Positions 1 through 8,281 of a stretch of 24,000 nucleotides of DNA are shown piece by piece (positions within the stretch are counted from its first letter, which is position 1; every line of letters starts with the position of its first letter). A program made the position numbers and the translations under genes. This stretch comes from Asaia bogorensis (GTDB lineage: Bacteria > Pseudomonadota > Alphaproteobacteria > Rhodospirillales > CAMCUA01): NCBI GenBank assembly GCA_945878455.1, contig CAMCUA010000002.1, positions 13,340-37,339 of the forward strand, written 5' to 3'. Under the pieces are notes generated by a model. The model was given only the letters and a program-made list of their open reading frames with translations, ran no database searches and was not told the origin of the DNA.

Positions 1-1
1 C

Positions 2-781
2 TTGCGGGGCCGCCGTGCCGAAGCCGTCCTTGCCACCAAATTCGGCAATGTGAGCAACCCGGACGGCTCGCGCGGCCTTAACGGCCAGCCCGATTATGTG
101 CCACGGGCTTGCGATGCCAGCCTGAAGCGGCTTGGAGTCGACGTCATCGACCTGCTTTACCTGCATCGGCCGGACCCCCAGGTGCCCATCGAGGAAACCT
201 ATGGCGCCATGGCCCAGCTGGTAACGCAAGGCAAGGTCCGCCATCTCGGCCTGTCGGAAGTGGCGGTGGACAGCCTGCGTAAATGCCACGCCATCCATCC
301 GGTCGCCGCCTTGCAGTCGGAATACTCTTTGTTCACCCGCGACCACGAAGCCGGGCCGATTCCCGCCTGCAAGGAATTGGGCATCACGTTCGTGCCCTAT
401 GCTCCACTGGGTCGGTCCTTGCTCGCCGACGCCGTGACCAGCCGGGACAACTTGGTCAAAGGCGACAAGCGGCACCAGTTCCCCCGCTTCAACGAAGGCA
501 ACCTGGAGCGCAATCGCCAATTGCTCGAACCGCTGCGCCAAGCGGCCGAACGGGCCGGTTGTACGGTACCGCAGGCGGCGCTGGCCTGGCTGTTGTCGCG
601 CGGCGACAACATCGTGCCCATCCCCGGCACCCGCCGCCAATCCCATCTCGAATCCAACGCCGCCGCCGCTGATGTCCGCCTCGACCCCGCCGACCTTAGC
701 CATCTGGACAAGGTCTTCGCACCGGGAACGGCGGCCGGCGAACGCATGGACACCTCGCGGCTGGCCCGGGCTGGCCGATAA
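2..781 (+). CDS. Aldo/keto reductase, 5'-truncated by the window edge
   Basis: The frame is open from the window edge. The TTG at position 2 is only the ORF-finder start. The sequence aligns from about residue 68 of the downstream paralog (ATKFGN..PDGS..GQPDYVPRACDASLKRLGVDVIDLLYLHRPD vs [44 protein letters not shown]). It ends at TAA 779-781. Confidence 0.9.
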   Translation: MRGRRAEAVLATKFGNVSNPDGSRGLNGQPDYVPRACDASLKRLGVDVIDLLYLHRPDPQVPIEETYGAMAQLVTQGKVRHLGLSEVAVDSLRKCHAIHPVAALQSEYSLFTRDHEAGPIPACKELGITFVPYAPLGRSLLADAVTSRDNLVKGDKRHQFPRFNEGNLERNRQLLEPLRQAAERAGCTVPQAALAWLLSRGDNIVPIPGTRRQSHLESNAAAADVRLDPADLSHLDKVFAPGTAAGERMDTSRLARAGR

Positions 782-796
782 CCGGAGGTCGCTGGC

Positions 797-1777
797 ATGC
801 AATACCGCCATCTGGGACACAGCGATTTTCAGGTTTCCGCCATCGGACTCGGCTGCATGAGCATGTCCGGCCTGTACGGCAAGGTCGATGAGGCCGACGC
901 TATTGCTGCCATCCAGCGTGCCCCGGAGCTTGGCATCAACCTGCTCGACACGTCCGATTTCTGCGGTTTCGGCAAGAACGAAGAACTGGTGGGCCGGGCG
1001 CTGAAAGGACGCCGTGACCGTTACGTCCTGTGCAGCAAGTTCGGCAATCTGCGCCACCCCGACGGCAGCGCCGATGTCGACGGCCGGCCGGAATACGTCG
1101 CCGCAGCCTGCGACAAAAGCCTGAAGCGGCTGGGTGTCGAGGTCATCGATCTCTATTACCAGCACCGGGTGGACGACAAGGTACCGATCGAGGACACGGT
1201 CGGCGCCATGGCCCGTCTGGTCGAGGAAGGCAAGGTTCGCTACCTCGGCCTGTCGGAAGCGGGCGCCGGCACCATCCGCCGCGCGCATGCCATTCATCCC
1301 ATCGCCGCCGTACAGACCGAATATTCTCTGTGGAGCCGGGACGCGGAAACCGAGTGGCTCCCGACCTGCCGCGAATTGGGAATCGCCTACATCGCCTATT
1401 CCCCCCTGGGCCGCGGCTTCCTTACCGGCAGCATTACCCAGGCGACCTTGCCCGCCGACGATCGCCGGCGCAGCCAACCCCGTTTCGGCACCGCCAATCT
1501 GATCCGCAACGAAAAGCTGCTGATCGCCCTGCGCGCCGCCGCTAAGGCAGCCAACGCCACCCCGGCACAGGTGGCCCTGGCTTGGTTGTTGACCCAGGGG
1601 GCGGACATCGTGCCCTTGCCCAGTTCCGACCGGGTCGCCTACCTGGAGGCCAATGCCGCCGCGACCGACCTTGTTTTGGATGATCAGACGCTGGCTGCCC
1701 TGGAGGCCGCCTTTCCGCCCGGTTCGGCCGCCGGCACACGCCTTCCGGCGGAAAGCCTGGAACGGGTGAACCTTTAG
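797..1777 (+). CDS. Aldo/keto reductase (326 aa), tandem paralog of the upstream gene. The catalytic Tyr position is occupied by Cys.
   Basis: GGAGG at 784-788 lies 8 nt before ATG 797. AKR hallmarks are present: [30 protein letters not shown] (Lys), YYQHRVD (His), GLSEA, QTEYSLW and [10 protein letters not shown]. Confidence 0.9.
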   Translation: MQYRHLGHSDFQVSAIGLGCMSMSGLYGKVDEADAIAAIQRAPELGINLLDTSDFCGFGKNEELVGRALKGRRDRYVLCSKFGNLRHPDGSADVDGRPEYVAAACDKSLKRLGVEVIDLYYQHRVDDKVPIEDTVGAMARLVEEGKVRYLGLSEAGAGTIRRAHAIHPIAAVQTEYSLWSRDAETEWLPTCRELGIAYIAYSPLGRGFLTGSITQATLPADDRRRSQPRFGTANLIRNEKLLIALRAAAKAANATPAQVALAWLLTQGADIVPLPSSDRVAYLEANAAATDLVLDDQTLAALEAAFPPGSAAGTRLPAESLERVNL

Positions 1778-1854
1778 CTTTCCTCTGTTATGCTTAAAGT
1801 CTTGGGTGTTCGAGTGAGGGCAGGGACGGGCTAACTGTCGACTGAAGAAGAGAA

Positions 1855-3282
1855 ATGCGGGATATACGGCTTAGCGGACTAAGGGAAATACACCGGGAGC
1901 AGCATCGGCTGGCCGCCCGCAGGCCGGTTATGGCTACGGCCGTGGCTTTGATCATGTCGTTGATCGGCGGCGGAGCCATAGCGCAGAGCTTAGAAGATGC
2001 CGTCCGCATCGCCATTGGCGACCATCCCACGGTGAAGGTTGCCGAAGCCAACGCGCGAGCCGCCAACGCAACGGTCGACGAGAAGTACTCGGGCTGGCTG
2101 CCTCGCCTCGATTTGCGGGCGGCAACGTCGTCGGAACATGTCAACAATCCGGCCACCCGCGCCCGCAACGCCCGCTCCACGGGCGATAACCTGGCAGGTA
2201 ATGTTGCCGGCAATACGGGTGGCCAGGCCGGCGTCAACATCTGGTCGAACTCCGGGACGCTGGCCCTGACTCAGAATTTGTTTGGCGGTTTTGCGACCAT
2301 GCATAGTGTCGATGCAGCGCGCAAACGCGCCGCCGTCACCCGCCAATTGGTGCTCGATGCCCGCGACGTCATCGGCCTGCGGGTTGTCTAGGCATACTTT
2401 TCTGTTCTCCGCGCGCGCGCCGTCGTACAGCTTTCCGAAGCCAATGTCCGCGACCATGTCGCTGTTTACGAAGATATCCGGGCCAAGTCCGATGCCGGCG
2501 GCGGCGATCTCGCCGATACCAATCAAGCGCTGAGCCGCCTGGAGCTGGCGCGCGAACGGGCCGCCGCCTTGCAAGGCGACCTGCGCGCCACCGAAATCGA
2601 TTTCCGCGAGGCCGTCGGCAGCATGCCCGCCGAACTGAGCGAGCCGCGCGTGCCAACGCATATGATACCGCTCGACATGCAGGCTGCGGTCGAAGCAGCG
2701 ATGCTCGGCAATCCCGCCGTGCGCGCAGCCATCGGCAATGTCGCCGCATCCCAATCCGACATCAAGGAAGCCGCCGCACCTTACCTGCCGGCTCTCGACC
2801 TGGAACTGGCCGCCACCCGCGAGCACGGTAGCGGCGGCGTGCGCGGCACCAGCATCGAGGAATCGGCAGCCCTGGTCATGCGCTATAACTTTTTCAACGG
2901 CTTTGCCGACCGGGCACGGCGGACACGCGCCATCGAACGCGCCGACGGCGCGGTGCAAAGCGAAGCCGAAACCCGCCGGCTGGTCGAAGAACAGATGCGC
3001 ACCGACTACAACACCATGCTGACCGAAACCGAACGGTTACCGATCCTGGTGCGCCGCGTGCGCGCTTCCGAAGACGTGGTCAGCGCCTATCGTCAGCAGT
3101 TCGAATTGGGCACGCGCACCTTGCTCGACGTGCTCGACGTGGTGAATGAGCTGTTTCAGGCAAAGGTCGCCTATGTCGATGGCGATACTCGGCACAAGAT
3201 ATCTCAGTATCAGGTGATGGCCACTATGGGTGCCTTGTTACCGCCGATGGGCATCGTCCCGCCGCCGGATAAGGGAGGCTGA
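1855..3282 (+). pseudogene. TolC-family type I secretion outer-membrane protein, interrupted by one in-frame TAG at 2389-2391
   Basis: ORFs 1855..2391 and 2569..3282 share a frame, and the gap between them also translates as TolC sequence (AYFSVLRARAVVQLSEANV...DLADTNQALSRLELARERAAAL). A signal-peptide-like MATAVALIMSLIGGGAIA/QSLEDAV begins at ATG 1930, so the start is either 1855 or 1930. The two TolC repeat halves are both recognisable (YLPRLDL / YLPALDL). Confidence 0.85.
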
Positions 3283-3320
3283 CCGTCGCCCCCGGGCCGG
3301 CGGCCTTGCCCCCACGTGCC

Positions 3321-5552
3321 ATGATCCCTCCCCTCCTGGGAAAAATCGCACCGAGTGGCGGCCTCGGAGACGCGGATTCACCAGCCGATGCACCGGCCGC
3401 GACCGCTGAGTCCGTCTTGGCGGCTGCCGCGGGCTTCGAAGACCCCCTGCTCGAATGCCTGGCGTTGATCGTCGGACTGCACGGCCGGCCACTGTCGCCC
3501 GAGGCGCTGCGGGCCGCCCTGCCGGTGGCTGGCACGTCGATTACCCCGGCCCTGTTTGTCCGCGCCGTCGAACGTGCAGGCTTCCGGGCCCGGGTGGTGA
3601 AACGCCGCCTGTCAGCGCTTTCGCATCATGTCCTGCCCTGCGTCGTCACCTTCCACGACGGCGGCGCCGCCGTCCTGCTGTCCATCGCCCCCGATGAAAC
3701 CATCCAACTGCAACGTCCCGAAGCTGGCGGCGGCATTGAGGTATCGACGCTGGCAAGCATCGCCGACGACTATACCGGCTATGTCATCCTGACCCGCCCG
3801 CAGCTGCGCCTCGATATTGACCGTCTGGAGGAGACTGTACCGCGTCCGCGCTCGTGGTTCTGGAGCACCCTGATCGACAATTGGTGGACCTATGCGCAGG
3901 TCGGCATCGCCGCCGTGATCATCAACATCATCGCCCTGATCAGCCCGCTGTTCGTGATGACCGTCTACGACCGCGTCGTGCCCAATAATGCGATGGAAAC
4001 CCTGTGGGTACTGGCCACGGGCTTTGCCATAGTGATCGGCTTCGATTTGGTGTTGAAGACGTTGCGCGCCTACTTCATCGATGCCGCTGGCAAGCGCGTC
4101 GATGTGGTCGTCGCCTGCCGCCTGTTCGATCAGGTGCTCGACATGCGGCTCGACAGCCGTCCTGCCTCGGCCGGCGGGTTCGCCAACATCCTGCGCGAGT
4201 TCGAATCAGTCCGCGACTTCTTCACCTCGGCAACACTGGTCGCCCTCATCGATCTGCCCTTCGTCGCCTTGTTCCTGGTCGTTCTCTGGCTGATCGCCGG
4301 TCCGCTAACCCTGATCCTGCTCGCCGCTATTCCCATCGTTCTGATATACGGCCTGATCCTGCAATGGCCGCTATCGCGCACCGTACGCCGCCATTTCCGC
4401 GAATCTGAACAGAAACACGGCGTGCTGGTCGAAACCATTTTCGGCCTGGAGACCTTGAAGGCCGTCGGCGCCGAGGCGCGCATGCGCAAGCTATGGGAAA
4501 GCGTCGTCAGTCTGACTGCCGAGTCGAGCCAGAGGTCGCGCGCCCTATCGCAATCCGGCATCAATGTGGCAGGCTGGGTACAGCAGATGACAGCTATTGC
4601 CGTCGTCGTCTTCGGCGTTTATCGGATTGCCGAGGGCGAGCTCACCGTCGGTGGCTTGATCGCTTGCGTCATGTTGGGTGGGCGGGCCCTGCAGCCTTTA
4701 AGTCAAGTTGCCCACCTGCTGACCCGTGTGCATCAATCGATGGCTTCATTGAAGGCGCTCGACCGCATTATGCTGACACCGGTCGAACGCCCGGCCGACG
4801 CCCATTTTCTGCACCGCCCCCGCATCGACGGTGCCATCGCCTTCGAAAATGTGAGTTTCAGCTATCCCCAGGCCGCCCAGCCCAGCCTGCGCGACGTCTC
4901 CTTCGCCATCCACCCCGGCGAACACGTCGGCATCATCGGTCGCGTCGGTTCCGGCAAGACCACCATCGCCAAGCTCATTCTCGGCCTCTACCGGCCCAGC
5001 GATGGCAAAACCCTGATCGACGGCACCGATATGGCACAGATCGATCCCGTCGACCTGCGCCGCAACATGGGCTACGTCGCCCAGGACCCGATATTGTTCC
5101 GCGGCACCGTGCGCGACAATATCACGGCCGCCGAGCCCGCCGCCGCCGATGCGGCCATCCTGGCCGCCGCCCGCTTGGCCGGCATCGACGAATTTCTCAA
5201 CCAGACGCCGGTTGGCTACGATCTGCCCGTCGGCGAACGCGGCGAGGGTCTGTCCGGCGGTCAGCGCCAGGCCATCACCATCGCCCGCGCGCTATTGCGC
5301 CGGCCGAGTATGTTGATCCTCGACGAACCCACCAGTTCCATGGACTCGCGCTCGGAGGACACGCTGAAGTCCTGCCTGCGCGAGTATCTCGCCGGCCGGA
5401 CCCTGGTGCTGGTTACCCACCGTGCGTCGCTGTTGTCCTTCGTCGATCGCGTCATCATTTTGGATCGCGGCAGGGTCATCGCCGATGGTCCGCGCGAGGT
5501 CATTCTCAAGGCTTTGGCCAGCGGCGCCGTCGCCGCCCCACGGGAGCGCTGA
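3321..5552 (+). CDS. Type I secretion ABC permease/ATPase with an N-terminal C39-like domain (LssB/HlyB type)
   Basis: It carries Walker A GRVGSGKTT, Q-loop YVAQDP, signature LSGGQRQ, Walker B MLILDEPTS and H-loop LVTHR. A six-TM-type membrane domain is present. The N-terminal DPLLECLALIVGLHGRPLSPEALRAALP is typical of LssB-family exporters. I prefer ATG 3321 as the start; TTG 3306 is also possible. Confidence 0.9.
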   Translation: MIPPLLGKIAPSGGLGDADSPADAPAATAESVLAAAAGFEDPLLECLALIVGLHGRPLSPEALRAALPVAGTSITPALFVRAVERAGFRARVVKRRLSALSHHVLPCVVTFHDGGAAVLLSIAPDETIQLQRPEAGGGIEVSTLASIADDYTGYVILTRPQLRLDIDRLEETVPRPRSWFWSTLIDNWWTYAQVGIAAVIINIIALISPLFVMTVYDRVVPNNAMETLWVLATGFAIVIGFDLVLKTLRAYFIDAAGKRVDVVVACRLFDQVLDMRLDSRPASAGGFANILREFESVRDFFTSATLVALIDLPFVALFLVVLWLIAGPLTLILLAAIPIVLIYGLILQWPLSRTVRRHFRESEQKHGVLVETIFGLETLKAVGAEARMRKLWESVVSLTAESSQRSRALSQSGINVAGWVQQMTAIAVVVFGVYRIAEGELTVGGLIACVMLGGRALQPLSQVAHLLTRVHQSMASLKALDRIMLTPVERPADAHFLHRPRIDGAIAFENVSFSYPQAAQPSLRDVSFAIHPGEHVGIIGRVGSGKTTIAKLILGLYRPSDGKTLIDGTDMAQIDPVDLRRNMGYVAQDPILFRGTVRDNITAAEPAAADAAILAAARLAGIDEFLNQTPVGYDLPVGERGEGLSGGQRQAITIARALLRRPSMLILDEPTSSMDSRSEDTLKSCLREYLAGRTLVLVTHRASLLSFVDRVIILDRGRVIADGPREVILKALASGAVAAPRER

Positions 5553-5555
5553 ATC

Positions 5556-6872
5556 ATGCGCGGCGCACCCGATACCGATTTCATGCGCGGTTTGCGCGCT
5601 GCCATGGTGCAGCCGCCAAGGCTTTCGGCCAACCTGCTGCTGTTGGCCATCGTCGCACTCTTCGCCTGGGCCATCTGGTGGGCGTCGCAGGCCAGCCTCG
5701 ACGTGGTCACCACCGGGATCGGCAAGGTGATCCCATCGGGCGACATCCAGGTGGTGCAGAACCTAGAGGGTGGTATCGTGCGCGCCATTTTGGTGCGCGA
5801 AGGTCAGGCCGTGGAGAAAGGCCAACCGCTGATGCAAATCGACGATACCCAGTTCCGCTCGACCTATCAGGAGGACCGCACACAGTACCTGGGTCGGCTT
5901 GCCGTTGCCTCCCGCTTGCGTGCCGAAGTGACCGATACCGCATTGAAATTTCCGCGCGAGGCCCTGGCCGAACGACCGCAGTTGGTCGCCAGCGAGACCT
6001 CACTGATGCAGGCCCGCTCGCGCGAGCTGGAATCGGGCCTTTCGGTACTCGCCCGCCAGCGCGACCAAAAACGTCAGGAATTGGTCGAACTCGATTCTCG
6101 CATTTCCCAACTGCGTGAAAGCCTGAGCCTGGCCCGCGAGGAATTAACCATCATGGAGCCACTCGTGCAGCGCGGCGTCGTTTCGCGGGTCGAACTGCTA
6201 CGCATTCGCCGTCAGATCAGCGACATCGAGGGCAACCTCAAAGGTGCCGAACAAGCGGTGCCACGCGCCCAGTCGGCCTTGCGCGAGGTCGATCAGCGCA
6301 TGGACGAAGCCCGTGCCCAATTCCGTTCCAAGGCCATTGCCGAACTTAATGAGACCGAACTCAAGCTGTCCGGCCTGGAAGAGACCATGACCGCCAAGCA
6401 GGATCGGCTGACCCGCACCGATGTACTATCCCCGGTCGCCAGCATCATAAAGCAGGTTGCGGTCAAAACCGTCGGCGGTGTCGTCAAGCCGGGTATGGAC
6501 TTGGTCGAAATCGTGCCGCGCGATGATACTTTGTTGATCGAGGCCCGCGTCGCGCCGCGTGACATCGCCTTCCTGGTTCCAGGACAAGCGGCCAAGGTCA
6601 AGCTCACCGCCTACGACTACGCCATCTATGGCTCCCTGGATGGCCGCCTGGAACAGATCAGCGCCGATACCATCGTCGATCCCCAGGGCAATAGTTTTTA
6701 TGAGATCCGCGTGCGTACCGACGAAAACGCGTTGGGTACCAAAACGGCGCCGCTGCCCATCCTGCCCGGCATGGTGGCCGAGGTCGATGTGCTGACCGGC
6801 CAGCGTACAGTCCTCGAATACCTGCTGAAACCCATTCTCCGCACCCGCCAGAAGGCCTTGCGCGAACGTTAG
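5556..6872 (+). CDS. HlyD-family type I secretion membrane-fusion (periplasmic adaptor) protein
   Basis: ATG lies 3 nt after the ABC stop. There is an N-terminal TM segment (LLLLAIVALFAWAIWWA), a lipoyl-like hairpin (GKVIPSGDIQVVQNLEGGIVRAILVREGQAVEKGQPLMQID), a long coiled-coil and a C-terminal beta-barrel ending TVLEYLLKPI. Confidence 0.9.
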   Translation: MRGAPDTDFMRGLRAAMVQPPRLSANLLLLAIVALFAWAIWWASQASLDVVTTGIGKVIPSGDIQVVQNLEGGIVRAILVREGQAVEKGQPLMQIDDTQFRSTYQEDRTQYLGRLAVASRLRAEVTDTALKFPREALAERPQLVASETSLMQARSRELESGLSVLARQRDQKRQELVELDSRISQLRESLSLAREELTIMEPLVQRGVVSRVELLRIRRQISDIEGNLKGAEQAVPRAQSALREVDQRMDEARAQFRSKAIAELNETELKLSGLEETMTAKQDRLTRTDVLSPVASIIKQVAVKTVGGVVKPGMDLVEIVPRDDTLLIEARVAPRDIAFLVPGQAAKVKLTAYDYAIYGSLDGRLEQISADTIVDPQGNSFYEIRVRTDENALGTKTAPLPILPGMVAEVDVLTGQRTVLEYLLKPILRTRQKALRER

Positions 6873-7002
6873 GCACGATACCCGCTTCCCCCCGGCGGCA
6901 GTGACGTTCTATCGTGCCGTCCCCGGCGCGGCGGCGTCATCGGCCAGGCACCGCGTCCCCGCCATCGCATCCGATCAACCAACCATAACTGGAGGAACCC
7001 CC

Positions 7003-8175
7003 ATGAAGATCACCGGCGTCGAGACCCTCTATGCCAGCGCAGGCTGGCGCAATCTGTCATTCCTCAAGATCACCACCGACGCCGGCCTCAACGGTTGGGC
7101 GGAATTTCCGGAAAACAACATCGGCAACACCATCACTCCGCTGATCAAGATGCTCGGCCAGCGCCTCGTCGGCCAGGACCCGCGCAACGTGAACAAGCTG
7201 ACCGACACCTTGCGCCGCGCCACTTGGGGCGTTTCCATCGGCGCGGTCGCCCGCGCCATCGGCGCCATCGAGAATGCGTTGGTCGACATCAAGGCCAAGG
7301 CGTTGGGCATCCCCGTATACGAGATGTTGGGCGGCGCCTTTCGCGACAAGCTGCGCCTGTATTGGTCGCATTGCGGCTCCTACCACGTCACCAACGCCAA
7401 GGACCTGGGCGTCGAGCCGATCCGCTCGCTCGACGACGTCAAGGCACTGGGCAAGCAGGTAAAGGAATCGGGCTTTCACGCGTTGAAGACCAACCTGATG
7501 ATGTTCGAAGGTGGCAAGGCGTATATGTACCGTCCCGGCTTCGCCGATGGCGCCGGCGATCCTGACCGCAACCCGGTGCGCGCCGCCATCAGCGCCGCGG
7601 TCGACCAACTTTCCGCTTTCCGCGAGGGTGCCGGCCCGGGGATCGGCCTAAAGCTCGACATCAACTTCAACTTCCGTACCGAGGGTTTCCTACGCATGGC
7701 GCGCGCGCTCGAGCCGCTCGACATGGACTGGCTGGAAATCGACAATTTCGACGCGACGGCTCTGGCCCAGGTGCGGCGCGGCACCACGACGCCGATCGCC
7801 TCGTGCGAGGCGCTGACCGGTCGACGCCAGCTGCGCCCGTTCCTCGAACAGCAGGCCGTCGACGTCGTCATCATCGACGTGCCATGGTGCGGCATCCTCG
7901 AGTCCATGCGCATGGCGGCGCTGGCCGACTCGTTCGAGGTCAACGTCGCTCCCCATAATTTCTGCGGCCCCATCGCCACCATGATCAGCGCCAATTTCGC
8001 GGCCGCCGTGCCCAACTTCCGGGTCATGGAGATCGACGTGGTGCAGGTGCCATGGACCTATGACCTGATCACCACGAAGCCGGTGGTCGAGAATGGCCAC
8101 ATGCTGATCCCGACCGGCGCCGGCTGGGGCGCAGAACTCAACGAGGAAGCACTGAAGGCGCATCCGCCGAAGTAG
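7003..8175 (+). CDS. Enolase-superfamily enzyme (mandelate racemase/muconate lactonizing family); substrate unknown
   Basis: GGAGGA at 6991-6996 precedes ATG 7003 (MKITGVETLY...). Capping and barrel motifs are KLDINFN (Asp ligand), DWLEID (Glu ligand), ASCEAL (Glu ligand), DVVIIDVPWCG and APHN. The ORF-track start at 6901 is an unsupported upstream extension. Confidence 0.85.
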   Translation: MKITGVETLYASAGWRNLSFLKITTDAGLNGWAEFPENNIGNTITPLIKMLGQRLVGQDPRNVNKLTDTLRRATWGVSIGAVARAIGAIENALVDIKAKALGIPVYEMLGGAFRDKLRLYWSHCGSYHVTNAKDLGVEPIRSLDDVKALGKQVKESGFHALKTNLMMFEGGKAYMYRPGFADGAGDPDRNPVRAAISAAVDQLSAFREGAGPGIGLKLDINFNFRTEGFLRMARALEPLDMDWLEIDNFDATALAQVRRGTTTPIASCEALTGRRQLRPFLEQQAVDVVIIDVPWCGILESMRMAALADSFEVNVAPHNFCGPIATMISANFAAAVPNFRVMEIDVVQVPWTYDLITTKPVVENGHMLIPTGAGWGAELNEEALKAHPPK

Positions 8176-8281
8176 GAAGACGGTGCGGAGGACGCGATAA
8201 GGCGCGCCCTCCGCATCCCGCACGGGCCGTTCGGACACGGGCCGGTCACGGCGCATTGCCGCCGTTAAGGAAATACGCGGC

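Noticed and set aside
2389-2391. The in-frame TAG in TolC read as pyrrolysine or programmed read-through
   Set aside because: There is no pyl gene context, and pyrrolysine is not expected in this kind of alphaproteobacterial housekeeping region. Nothing downstream resembles a recoding signal. A nonsense mutation or a base error is far more parsimonious.
1990-2958. 322-aa minus-strand ORF antisense to the TolC gene
   Set aside because: It has a low-complexity Ala/Gly/Arg composition and no recognisable motifs. It lies entirely antisense to a sequence with clear TolC homology, which is typical of a high-GC shadow ORF.
4493-6118. 541-aa ORF in an alternate plus-strand frame, spanning the ABC/HlyD gene boundary
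   Set aside because: The translation is extremely rich in Arg, Pro, Gly and His (RRRLRRLSDCRGRAHRRW...), which is the signature of off-frame reading of GC-rich coding DNA. It is fully overlapped by two genes with strong motif support.
6872-6918. A 9-bp inverted repeat (GGCACGATA ... TATCGTGCC) just after the HlyD stop
   Set aside because: It has a 29-nt loop and no U-tract, and it could arise by chance. That is insufficient to call a terminator or an operator.
8184-8215. A hairpin (TGCGGAGG ... CCTCCGCA) downstream of the enolase-superfamily gene
   Set aside because: It is a plausible stem but has no following T-run. I cannot distinguish a terminator from chance GC-rich complementarity, so I do not list it as a feature.
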